Positions 10,440 to 19,977 of a DNA stretch of 45,796 bases are shown in pieces. The stretch is from Algoriphagus sp. (GTDB taxonomy: Bacteria; Bacteroidota; Bacteroidia; Cytophagales; Spirosomataceae). Location of the stretch: assembly GCA_051269965.1 (NCBI GenBank), contig JBNMFK010000001.1, forward strand, positions 1 to 45,796, written 5' to 3'. A program made the position numbers and the translations under genes. Position 1 is the first letter of the stretch, and every line of letters starts with the position of its first letter. Under the pieces are notes generated by a model that did no database searches, was not told where the DNA came from, and saw nothing but the letters and a program-made list of their open reading frames with translations.

Positions 10440-11486
10440 ATGGACCTAAGTAGAAGAGACTTTATTAAAAAAAGTGTATAGGTGGCCGTTCCTTTTTAGA
10501 TACTTAAGTCGGCACCCACATTCCATGAAAAGGTTATTGGCCATGGTGATTTTAACTATAGAGTTCAAACGACATGGGGGCAACTAGATGCCACAAAATT
10601 TCCAGTAAAAAACTGTCATGAAATGGTACAAGACAATAGTGGGCGGCTCTTAATGCTCACGGATGAAAGGCGAAATAATATTCTTATTTATGATAAATCG
10701 GGTAAACTATTAGACAGTTGGACGCTTAATTTAAGTACGGCCCATGGGCTTACTATTCATGATGAAGGTGGAGAGGAGTTTTTATACATAACAGATACTT
10801 CCACGGGGAGAGTGATTAAAAGTGACTTAAATGGAAATATCATATTAGAGCTTAATGACCCAAGACAGACTGGAGCTTATGGAATTAATGATAGGTATGC
10901 ACCTACGGAAACAACCATTGGGCCCACCGGAGATATTTATGTGGCAGATGGTTATGGTTCTCAATACGTCTCTAGATTTAGTGCTAAAGGAGAGTTTGTA
11001 AGTAAGTTTGGTGGAGATAGTTTTCTTCAAGAAAAGAAATTTAAGCAGGTGCATGGTGTCACTTTGGACACTAGAGACAAAGCCAATCCAACTCTTATTT
11101 GCTCCGCTAGAATGAAGAATTCCTTTAAGCGATTTACACTAGAAGGCGGGTACCTAGGGACTATCTATATACCAGGGGCTTTTATAAGTAGGGCGGTTAT
11201 AGATGGTGAAAATATTTATTCTGGGGTATGTTCTGGCATGGAGAGAGGTGACTATAATGCCAAGTTAAATAAAGGGTTCATTACTATTTTAGATAAAAAT
11301 AACAGTGTGGTTTCTAATCCTGGAGCTACTAAGCCAAAATATAAAAAGGGTAAATTGGATATAATTTATCAAGACCAGCCTGTTTTTAAGCATTGTCATG
11401 ATTTCTGTATAGACGAGGACAAAAGCATCTACGTCTGCCAATGGAATGCCTGGTGTATTTATCCTTACAAGCTTGTAAGGGTCTAA
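10440..11486 (+). pseudogene. NHL-repeat beta-propeller (peptidylglycine alpha-amidating lyase-like) with Tat signal interrupted by two TAG codons
   Basis: From ATG 10440 the frame reads MDLSRRDFIKKSV*VAVPF*ILKSAPTFHEKVIGHGDFNYRVQTTWGQLD...KNCHE and continues in frame into ORF 10623..11486 (AHGL, IYVADGYG, HGVTLD, HCHD); stops at 10479-81 and 10497-99. Confidence 0.8.
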
Positions 11487-11506
11487 AATATGTCTTTGTT
11501 TACAGC

Positions 11507-12424
11507 TTAAATCCCTAAAGGACTTACATCACAATCTACATCTCCAACTGCAAATTGAAGACCATCTAAAAAGAATCTCAACAATTTAGGGTTACTAAAG
11601 CTATGAGCGTTATGTGAGGGTGACGAATAAAAAACACGACCTTTTCCGTAAGTTTTTATCCAAGAAACATAACGAATGGCATCACCATCAGGGTTTCTTA
11701 AACCTTTAATTTCAGATGCTTCCAAATAAAGTAGGGGCTTAAAGTTCTTTTTGGTGTAGGCCTTATCAAAAATATAGGGCTCATCCATATGGGTAAAACC
11801 TTTTCCCTCAAAGGCACTCACTAAAGGGTGTGTGGCGTCCACTAATTTTATTTCTATTTTTTGTTGCTTTGGGTGGTATTCAAAACTCCCACCCATCATT
11901 TCACTGAATCTAGGAGACTTATTTTGCATGACTATGGCTCCGTGAAGGGCCATGATACCACCTCCTTTTTTAACGTACTTTAATAGCCTTTTTTCAAACT
12001 TGGCAGCTTTTTTAGTTGCAGCTATACTGTCCAAGGAGATATCGTTTTTGAAAACATCCCAAAACATATCTCGCTTATCGCCAATGCTGCAGTTATTATT
12101 GAGCACCACAGCGTCATACTGCTTTAGGTTTTTCTTGTTTAAAAGGTTTATGTCTTTCGTATAGGTTACGTCAAAACCTCCAACTTTATCAACGATTGTT
12201 TTAACCGTGGCTTCTGCAAAAGGAATTACCCAGTGATTAAAACCTGTGTGTAATGAGAAAACCAATACTTTATGTTTTTGGCTACTAGGGAAGCTGAGCT
12301 GCTCAGGTGCTTTCTCTTTTATCTCCTTAAGCCAATCTTCATTAAGTTCTAATGCTGGAAGGCTTTGGGCCTCGAGGCCAATGCTCGTAAAGAATAGTAC
12401 AAAAAGAGCTACTATTTTTTTCAT
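11507..12424 (-). CDS. ThuA-like domain protein, secreted
   Basis: Signal peptide; VLVFSLHTGFNH, YDAVVLNN, YVKKGGGIMALHGA, DEPY, SWIKTYGKGRVFYSSPSH. Confidence 0.85.
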   Translation of the reverse strand: MKKIVALFVLFFTSIGLEAQSLPALELNEDWLKEIKEKAPEQLSFPSSQKHKVLVFSLHTGFNHWVIPFAEATVKTIVDKVGGFDVTYTKDINLLNKKNLKQYDAVVLNNNCSIGDKRDMFWDVFKNDISLDSIAATKKAAKFEKRLLKYVKKGGGIMALHGAIVMQNKSPRFSEMMGGSFEYHPKQQKIEIKLVDATHPLVSAFEGKGFTHMDEPYIFDKAYTKKNFKPLLYLEASEIKGLRNPDGDAIRYVSWIKTYGKGRVFYSSPSHNAHSFSNPKLLRFFLDGLQFAVGDVDCDVSPLGI

Positions 12425-12786
12425 TCTGTCGGGTTGATTAAATATAAGTCTGAGTTGTAAACTTTCAATCTTTAAAATTAGGATTTTTTTGTTTAAAAGT
12501 GCTTTGAGAGGGCTTTATGAAGCTATTAAGTTTCAATACTATCTTGACATTAAATACTCCTAATTGGGTCTGTACAATGTATAATATCTAGTTATTTTAT
12601 GATTTGTCTAATAAAGACAAACATATTTAAAAATTTGGCTAGAGTGAAATACTAAGTTCAGTCCTTTCTATTGTTCCAATTGCCAATAAGTAGCGGCATA
12701 GAAGAAAAATTAAAAGTAAAATATGTAATCAAAAGCCTCACAAGATTGTTATTGATTAGCAGGCTAAATAAACATAAAAAAAACAG

Positions 12787-13572
12787 ATGAATAGAATTAA
12801 TTTTATCGAAAAAGAGACTCTTGAATTAAGAACCATTTTGAAAAATCATGAGCTCTACAATTTGTTATCAAATGTCGATGATATCAAGACTTTTATGGAG
12901 AAACATGTATATGCTGTTTGGGATTTCATGTCTCTTCTTAAAGCTATACAAAATCACCTTACATGTACTTCTATTCCATGGAAGCCTGTAAAAAATGCTA
13001 AAACCTCGAGATTTATAAATGAGATTGTATTTGGTGAGGAAAGTGATTTAAACGAGGAACACATACCAAAAAGTCACTTCGAAATGTATATAGAGGCAAT
13101 GAACGAAGTTAATGCGGATTCGAGTCGCATAATGAATTTAGTAAATTCAGTTAATTTTTTGGGTGAAATTGACGACAAGTTGTCAAAAGCAAATTTAAAA
13201 ACTGCTGAAAGGGAATTCTTAAAATTTACGTTCGATACTATCCAATCAAACGAAATTCATAAAATCGCTTCAGCATTTACTTTTGGAAGAGAAGACTTAA
13301 TTCCAGATATGTTTATCGAAATTATTAGTAACGCCGATCAAAAGGGTGAAAATAAATTCCCAAAGCTTTCTTACTATCTAAAAAGGCACATTGAACTAGA
13401 TGGAGATGAGCATGGTCCACTCTCCTTGGAAATGGTATCAGAACTTTGCGGGGAAGATGATAAAAAATGGGTGGAAGTATTGGAAACGGCAAAGGAAGCT
13501 CTGAGGCAGAGAATTAATTTATGGAATGAAATATCAAAAGAAATTAAAGAAAAAGAGGCGGTATACGCATAA
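12787..13572 (+). CDS. DUF3050 family protein (heme-oxygenase-like fold)
   Basis: FMEKHVYAVWDFMSLLK, INEIVFGEESD, SHFEMY, FTFGREDLIP, YLKRHIELDGDEHGP. Confidence 0.85.
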   Translation: MNRINFIEKETLELRTILKNHELYNLLSNVDDIKTFMEKHVYAVWDFMSLLKAIQNHLTCTSIPWKPVKNAKTSRFINEIVFGEESDLNEEHIPKSHFEMYIEAMNEVNADSSRIMNLVNSVNFLGEIDDKLSKANLKTAEREFLKFTFDTIQSNEIHKIASAFTFGREDLIPDMFIEIISNADQKGENKFPKLSYYLKRHIELDGDEHGPLSLEMVSELCGEDDKKWVEVLETAKEALRQRINLWNEISKEIKEKEAVYA

Positions 13573-13582
13573 TAGAAAATAG

Positions 13583-14818
13583 TAATTGAGGTCTTCTTTC
13601 AGTAAATCAAAACATCAAACGTGATTACAAACATGTTTGGGATTGTAATTGTGTGGAAGAAGTACAGTAAAGCTCAATATGGGTAGTTCAAAAAAAGGAG
13701 CTAGGAAAGGCGGGAAAATAATTCAAAGGAATATGTTATTTAGCTAGCTAACTTTCAGTCATCAGTAGCTGAAGAGAACCGTATAGGTGCCTTTGGATGG
13801 ATTCATGGCATGTAATTACTTTTCTTAAACTAGAGAAAGAGAACAAAGCTTTAGATAGAAATTGCGTGAGATAGCAAATGTTACTCAGTTGCTTTATTGA
13901 CCTCCTGAAGGAGTACCACAATTGGTAGGCTAACTTAGAAAAATAAGCAAGCAAACTACTTGTCTAACACGACAAATTATTGGGCAAGGATTCATGGTTG
14001 AGGTGTCCTAAGAAAATGTCATCTTCCTAATTAGACACGGTGCTGCAGCCGAAAGATTGGTAGTGATATCAAGTCAGTTATAATGTTTTCCGATACAAAG
14101 GTTCACTGATTACCCATAAAAATGAGGGTCATAATTCTGTATCACGTTGACGATGGTACTCTAAACGGTTTTTGAAAGTCTTAGTGATAAGCTAGGATAG
14201 CGTATAGAATTAAATAATATTTCATTGAGTCTTACTGCTATGCTTTCTTTTTTGTAGGTAAGTACTCTATGGAACGAGGCGAAAAATAGGCAGCTTAGAG
14301 CGAAATCTGCTCCAAGAATTAATGCTAGAACTACGCAACAATATTAATAGAAGGCGTAGTGCCAATAGAGTGTAATAATACTTTACTGAAAATCAGGGTA
14401 ATCAGGTATATATAGGTCCTTGCACGCCCCAAAAGAATGGTCATGAAGAAAGTTTTCATTTCGTACTTAATCACTTTCTGAAAATCAAGAAATACATCAT
14501 AATTAATGACTTAGAAAAACAACTAGAGCACTTTAGATAATCCTCCTAAAAATCCAAGGCTATATGGTAAGCTAATCTAAATTCTAACAAATCATATTTT
14601 TCAAGCATTCGGAATGAGTGATGACTTGATAAGACCTCATAAAAAGGTAAAGTATAAGTGCATTACCTAAGTGAGAATACCTCTTTATAAAATCAAACCG
14701 AATAGAGAGCTCAGAAGTATATCAGAAGAAGAAAATTTGCTGGCACAAAGTAATGGAAAAATAAGAAAGCCAATGTTGTAACCTTAGTAAACCATTTTCC
14801 TGTTAGGGGTCTAAATCA
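13583..14818 (+). mobile_element. Heavily degraded IS3-family insertion sequence (about 1.24 kb)
   Basis: Frame from 14286 reads LELRNNINRRRSANRV**YFTENQGNQVYIGPCTPQKNGHEESFH, an eroded integrase core (RNDN...P.TPQ.NGH.ESFH); OrfA-like fragments GIVIVWKKYS (~13640) and LKLEKENKAL (~13825); right end ggggtctaaatCA at 14818 fits TG..CA termini; decayed left IR candidate at 13583. Confidence 0.7.
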
Positions 14819-15025
14819 ACCTTTTTGTTTTGAGACGTATGAGTTTTTGTGATCGTATAGATCTTCCGAGAGTGAATCGCTCAAATTGGCAACATCATGA
14901 CCGGTACATATACTAAAGTTTTTTTATCTCCCCTTGAAATAAACAGGAGACCATTCACCGGAATTTCTTTAGTAAGAAAGAAGAAATGATGGTAATCATT
15001 TTTTGTAAAAAGCCATATAAAGGAT

Positions 15026-15508
15026 TTAAATAGGGCTTTCCCATATATTTTCAATTAAAAGGCTTTTTACTTCAACAGATATTTCCATGGTGATTTTTGA
15101 CTTCATAGAATGAGTTATTAAGCATGCGTCTTCTGCTTTTTTCACTATTCTTATGGCCTTATCTCTATGAGCTTCATTGTGAATTACCACGGTAGGCTTT
15201 AGTAAAATTTCACTCATAACCATTCTGCCATCTACCATTTCTAGCTTACCTTTTGCATGGCATCCAAAGCTAATAAAATCCAACGTTGAGCTTTCGGCAA
15301 TAGCCAAAAATGAGGTCATCAAACAACCACTTGCTGCCGCCACAAATAAATGTTCTGGTGACCATATTCCTGCCATACCTTTTGGGAATTCGGGTGGTGT
15401 GGCAACTTCAATACAAACGCCATTATTGCTATTTAATTCAGGAGAACAGACGATTCCTTTTCGATTTTTTTTCCAATTTATTTCTACATTGTAATAGTGT
15501 GATTCCAT
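15026..15508 (-). CDS. OsmC family protein
   Basis: VATPPEFPKG, WSPEHLFVAAASGCLMTSF, KAEDACLITHS (two Cys). Confidence 0.9.
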   Translation of the reverse strand: MESHYYNVEINWKKNRKGIVCSPELNSNNGVCIEVATPPEFPKGMAGIWSPEHLFVAAASGCLMTSFLAIAESSTLDFISFGCHAKGKLEMVDGRMVMSEILLKPTVVIHNEAHRDKAIRIVKKAEDACLITHSMKSKITMEISVEVKSLLIENIWESPI

Positions 15509-15543
15509 TTTGTTGATGTTTAATAGGTGTTTTTACTTTTTGT

Positions 15544-15744
15544 CTAATTTTTCTTAGTGCTTATCCTAAAAGGAAAATAGATAGGACAAAAACCAACGGC
15601 ACTTGTTATAAATAATACAGCCGTTACTAGTATCGACGCCGAAACCATAATGCCAGTAATGACATTGTTATAAATTAATATAGCTAAGACTACCGCAATT
15701 GCCAATCTAATGGCTCTATCTGTTGAACCCATGTTCCATTTCAT
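15544..15744 (-). CDS. DUF2892 (YgaP-like) membrane protein
   Basis: NMGSTDRAIR N-terminus, two TM segments, GFCPIY..F.IST C-terminus. Confidence 0.88.
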   Translation of the reverse strand: MKWNMGSTDRAIRLAIAVVLAILIYNNVITGIMVSASILVTAVLFITSAVGFCPIYFPFRISTKKN

Positions 15745-15854
15745 AATAGTATATTTAGTTTTTTATGAATTATTTAACTCTTCTATAATTAGCATTAAGT
15801 GCATCATAAGCAATAACTTTTTTTGCACTCAATTTGTGAATTTCAGAGCTTCTC

Positions 15855-16169
15855 TTAATGACTCTGTAATCGTCCAAGAATAGTTTCTAAAGAAGCTATA
15901 AGCTTATCGATGGCACCAGAAACTGCTTCTTCAAGTGTGTTTGCTTCACATGTTACCGCTATTGGTTGTCTGCCTTTAATTCTGGCCTCCAGCATACATC
16001 GCAAATCATTTATTCCGTCTTTGTTACCATTTTCGTCAGATAAATGTGCTTCTATTCTTGTAATATGAGCCTCATATCTTTCGAGTCCAGCCTCCATTAA
16101 TGAGGTAAAATAATCCTCATGTTTTTCGTCTCCTTTAATCGCTTTGTCAGTATTGAATTGAATTTTCAT
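15855..16169 (-). CDS. HPF/RaiA family ribosome-associated protein
   Basis: MKIQFNTD, ITRIEAHLSDENG, RCMLEAR..GRQPIAV, AVSGAIDKL. Confidence 0.88.
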   Translation of the reverse strand: MKIQFNTDKAIKGDEKHEDYFTSLMEAGLERYEAHITRIEAHLSDENGNKDGINDLRCMLEARIKGRQPIAVTCEANTLEEAVSGAIDKLIASLETILGRLQSH

Positions 16170-16198
16170 TTCTTGTTTTTATTGATTGCCTATTATCT

Positions 16199-16440
16199 CT
16201 AATCTTCGTCCAAGTCATTGTGATTGCCACCACCTAAACTATAATAATTATTCTCGCTATCTTGTTCATAATCTAACTCGGCCCTCGGGAAATCTAAATT
16301 ATCTCTTGACGTATCATCTTTAAAATATTTTTCATTTGTCGAGCTAATCCTTTATTGGGTTCATTCTCTTTTAAAATAATCTCTGGGTTTAGAACCATTT
16401 CTTCCATGGTAGATGTCCTCTGGAGGCCCAGAATTTGGGT
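16199..16440 (-). pseudogene. Frameshifted remnant of a conserved acidic Bacteroidota hypothetical protein
   Basis: Fragments in three frames: PPEDIY / EEMVLNPE...EPN / NEKYFKDDTSRDNLDFPRAELDYEQDSENNYYSLGGGNHNDLDED*; resembles the EDIY...LDVPG.ELDD...ENNYYSLGGDNH family as recalled. Confidence 0.65.
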
Positions 16441-16486
16441 TTCTTGGAAAACTAGACTTACGAATATTTTTGTTTGTTAAAACAAC

Positions 16487-16684
16487 CTAATGTGTTTTTG
16501 CATAATTGTTTACAAGCTCGTGTAAAGAATTTAAGTACTCATCCAAATATTTGACAGTTAGTTCAGCGTTTTCTGAGCTGTTTCCTGGCATTTCACTTAT
16601 ATTTTTTGATAGCTCAGGAAACTCCTGAAGAATGGTAGTGGTGACCTTTATTATATCTTGTTCTAATTCTATTTTAGTTTTCAT
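16487..16684 (-). CDS. Small hypothetical protein (conserved in Bacteroidota stress clusters)
   Basis: Intact 65-aa ORF MKTKIELEQDIIKVTTTILQEFPELSKNISEMP...YLNSL..LV..Y, co-oriented with neighbours. Confidence 0.65.
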   Translation of the reverse strand: MKTKIELEQDIIKVTTTILQEFPELSKNISEMPGNSSENAELTVKYLDEYLNSLHELVNNYAKTH

Positions 16685-17804
16685 TTATTATCTATTTTTT
16701 GGTTAAATGTGGTTTAAAAAAAGAAAGATTACATCATACCATCACAGTTTTTCTTTATGTCAACATCTCATGTATCCTGGGCTTTTTACATAAAAGAATT
16801 AATGGATCATGAATGGCTATTTATAAATCAAATTCGCCCCGCAATGCTTTTCAAGCATTCGGGCGTTAAAGTTAGGTACCAATTACTTTAGTCGGATGCG
16901 TTAGACTGGATTGATTACTTATCATTTATGTCTATTATAAATAGCTTAGTTCCCTACAAGATTTTTCACTTTCTGACCCTCTCCCTCATTAACCATTCCG
17001 TTCGGAAATCTTCTCTAAAATGTCAATTATGTGAACGGATTTACTACTTGCAAACACTTAAAAGAAGACAGAATGCACGACTAAATTATTTTCAGATTTT
17101 AATAAATGGGCTTATTATTCCCTTAAAAGCTTTGTGCCTTTTGTTTATTTTAAGATAGTCTTTTTTGTGCTAATAAAGGTCATTTTATCTGATTTTTTCC
17201 TTTATTAATTTGACTGTTAGAATATTAAGAGGATATTCTTTTTTCGATCTTAGAGCTGGAATTTTGTGGAGCATATCAATAACCTCGAAGAAAAAGCACA
17301 TCTTAATGAAGTGCATTTATACAATCCAATATTTTTCTTACTGCACCATAATTTTAGGTTTTATTATCAATTTGACAGCTGCTATCGATTCTTTAATAGG
17401 TCCTAGAGACGTTCTAGTTACTTCAATATTGATCTCGTCAAGTCATGCTTCGTAAATATCTCTCTACTCAAGCACTACCAATAGTAATCGTGGCAGCTAT
17501 GCCTTTTCTACGACCTTAGGTTTGTAGTGCTTTCAGCAATGTGTCCGTTTTATATCCTTGTTAGAAATGATTTGTGCCTCCTTTATTAACAAATAAAACT
17601 TTTTCGATGTTCCTCTACTTCAGTCGCGGGCAATCCCTCTAGAGGTATGGTTCATCTCCCGCCACTTACACTTAGATCTGCTGAGTATTTGAAATAGGAT
17701 TTTCCCTAATGCTTAAACTTTAATTGAGTCTAGATTCTTTGAATTATTTGTTTTTCACCATCATTATTATGCTTAAAATTCTACGGCTCAAAGGCAGTTA
17801 GCTT

Positions 17805-18506
17805 TTACTCCGGATCAAACTCCGGGCTGCTCTTCACATTGGCTATTGTGGTATCGATAATTACGGCACCAGTAGTCCAATTTATTTCTTTTATCTTTTC
17901 TGGGGAAAAGACTACCTTTTTTTTCGAAAACCAATTACCTGTTCCCACAATAAGAAAACTTATTTCCCAAGTTGTATCGTCAATTATAAAGTCATCCACT
18001 TTACCTATGTCACCATCCGTTGCATGAATATCATAACCTGTAACTTCATGTGTACTTCGCAGATGCGAATTGTCATAAGCATGTTCTGTCGCGTTCATTT
18101 TTTGGACTTCCTTTTCTTCTTCGATTCCTCTTACCGCTGGATATCCCCACTTACCAAGGCCCCAGTATCCGTACATTCCGTATCCGTAATAGCCAGGCCA
18201 AGAGTAATACTTTCTCATCAATTCTTCCTGTTGTCGCGAAACAGGTTTGTCCGTGTCAATATCAGGGCTGTTCTTTATTTTTTCCTGGGTAAGGTCTACA
18301 GATAATATTTCTGATTCCCATTCAGCTTTTTGAAATACTTCGGGGGGAATCAAAACTTTATTCTCGGAAAACCAACCTCCCGTTCTTATCACCATGTATC
18401 GGATGGTAGAGGTGCGATCATCGAAATAGAACTCCTCTACTTTTCCAATTTCACCATCTGTTCCTTTAATGGTAAAGCCTAGTAAATTGTTTATGCTTCG
18501 TTTCAC
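17805..18506 (-). CDS. Tandem PRC-barrel domain protein
   Basis: Two repeats G..I.(G/A)TDG.IGKV..F..DD....I.(Y/F)(M/L)...TG.WFS.KKV; SPDID, HLRST; GTG start. Confidence 0.88.
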   Translation of the reverse strand: MKRSINNLLGFTIKGTDGEIGKVEEFYFDDRTSTIRYMVIRTGGWFSENKVLIPPEVFQKAEWESEILSVDLTQEKIKNSPDIDTDKPVSRQQEELMRKYYSWPGYYGYGMYGYWGLGKWGYPAVRGIEEEKEVQKMNATEHAYDNSHLRSTHEVTGYDIHATDGDIGKVDDFIIDDTTWEISFLIVGTGNWFSKKKVVFSPEKIKEINWTTGAVIIDTTIANVKSSPEFDPE

Positions 18507-19041
18507 TGTAGTTGAATTTTAATTACTATAATTATGCTTTTCTCCGTTAATTCCTTCGTTGCAAGCCTTTAAGATTTGTTATCGCTTTTTTCTATTCAAT
18601 CTTATGTTGATGTCTTGTTACTTTATGGGAGTCATGGCGTTCTAGGCTTTTGTAATTGCTCCTCATGCTATAATTTATAAGTGCAGGATGTATTATGAGC
18701 TCTTAGATCTTTTGTGGAGCGGCTTCAATAGATGATACAGAACAGCACTTAAATTAGTAAAGCCTAGAATACCTGTGATTGAGGAAGTCGTGAATATGCT
18801 GACGTCCTCCTTTTATTTGGGTAAAGTATAATTATTATCTAACCATATACTTTTTTCAGTTACTCGGATTACTTTATCAAAAGATGCTATAGGATAATCT
18901 GCAAAACGTATACAAGGATTTCAATAGTAGCATTATTCAAATTTATCTACTTTTAGACATCAGCAATACCCAAAATTATATTTGGACTGTTTATTCTGCC
19001 TTGCTTCGTGCGAAATGAAGTTCATTATTTTTTCACAAACG

Positions 19042-19977
19042 TCAATCCATCTTTTTCAGGTATTTATATAATTCGCTATCTGTTGAAATGAAAATAGATG
19101 TTTTTTTGTCAAAAGTTTTCTCAAATGTTTCCATTGATTTTAGAAAGCCATAAAGGCTTCTAGATTGATTCGACCTGTTATAGGCTTTTGTATAAATAGA
19201 GGCCGCGGTGGCATCTGCCTTACCTTTGATAATCTCAGCATCCCTAAATGCAAGAGATTGTATGTTTTTAAGCTCCCGTTCTTTCTCACCATTAATGCGT
19301 GAGGCTTCCCCCTGACCTTCTGAGCGGAACTTATCAGCGATTCGAAAACGCTCACTTTTCATTCGCTCGTATACCTGATCCTGTACTTCTTGAACATAAT
19401 TAATGCGTTTAAATCGAAAATCCAGTATTTTTATTCCCAAGTCTGCCGTCTGTTTATTCGCTGACTTTAATATCATTTGCTGGATCTTATCTCGACCTAC
19501 ATAAATTTTTGCCAAGGAATCACCAATAATTTCAGTATCGGACGATTCAGGGATTCGGTTACTTGTACGTACAGTTTCTTCGATGTCATTATTTGCTATG
19601 AAATCTCTTGTTTCTCCATCTAGAATATCATCTATACGTGATTGTGCACCCCTTTCGTTAGTTAGCCGTTTAAAAAATTGAAGCGGATCTGTGATTTGCC
19701 ATCTTGCATAGGTATCTACAAAAATGAACTTTTTATCTCTGGTTGGCACTTGGTTTGGGTCACCATTCCACTCCATATAACGTCTTTCGAAATAATTAGC
19801 AACCTGTATTAAGGGTAGCTTGAAGTGCATTCCTGGTTCGGTAATGGCCTCTCCCACGGGCCTTCCAAACTGAGTGATAACCACCTGGTCCTTTTCTTGT
19901 ACAATAAAAACACTACTTTTTAAGCCTACCAAGATGATAATGATGGATATTGTAAGTAAGATTGATTTAGTTTTCAT
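19042..19977 (-). CDS. hflC: Protease modulator HflC (SPFH domain)
   Basis: N-terminal TM, VITQFG.PV, PGMHFKLP, TRDKKFIFVD.YARWQITDP, VYERMKSER, RSEGQGEA, G.ADA.A..IY. Confidence 0.93.
   Translation of the reverse strand: MKTKSILLTISIIIILVGLKSSVFIVQEKDQVVITQFGRPVGEAITEPGMHFKLPLIQVANYFERRYMEWNGDPNQVPTRDKKFIFVDTYARWQITDPLQFFKRLTNERGAQSRIDDILDGETRDFIANNDIEETVRTSNRIPESSDTEIIGDSLAKIYVGRDKIQQMILKSANKQTADLGIKILDFRFKRINYVQEVQDQVYERMKSERFRIADKFRSEGQGEASRINGEKERELKNIQSLAFRDAEIIKGKADATAASIYTKAYNRSNQSRSLYGFLKSMETFEKTFDKKTSIFISTDSELYKYLKKMD

Noticed and set aside
10479-10499. Amber reassignment or pyrrolysine read-through
   Set aside because: TAG is the true stop of several conserved genes in the window, and no pyl genes or suppressor tRNA are present
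13748-13954. 68-aa minus-strand ORF
   Set aside because: Antisense to the OrfA-like remnant of the IS fossil; no protein features
14985-15000. Palindrome aatgat-ggta-atcatt resembling a Crp/Fnr-type box
   Set aside because: Lies downstream of osmC with no intact gene start nearby, and I saw no second clear copy
14598-16862. Exact 15-nt repeat ttttcaagcattcgg at 14598 and 16848
   Set aside because: A single 15-mer match is plausible by chance in 46 kb of AT-rich DNA, and the contexts are unrelated
16928-17455. Plus-strand ORFs 16928..17158 and 17210..17455
   Set aside because: Opposite to island orientation, low-complexity AT-rich translations, no motifs
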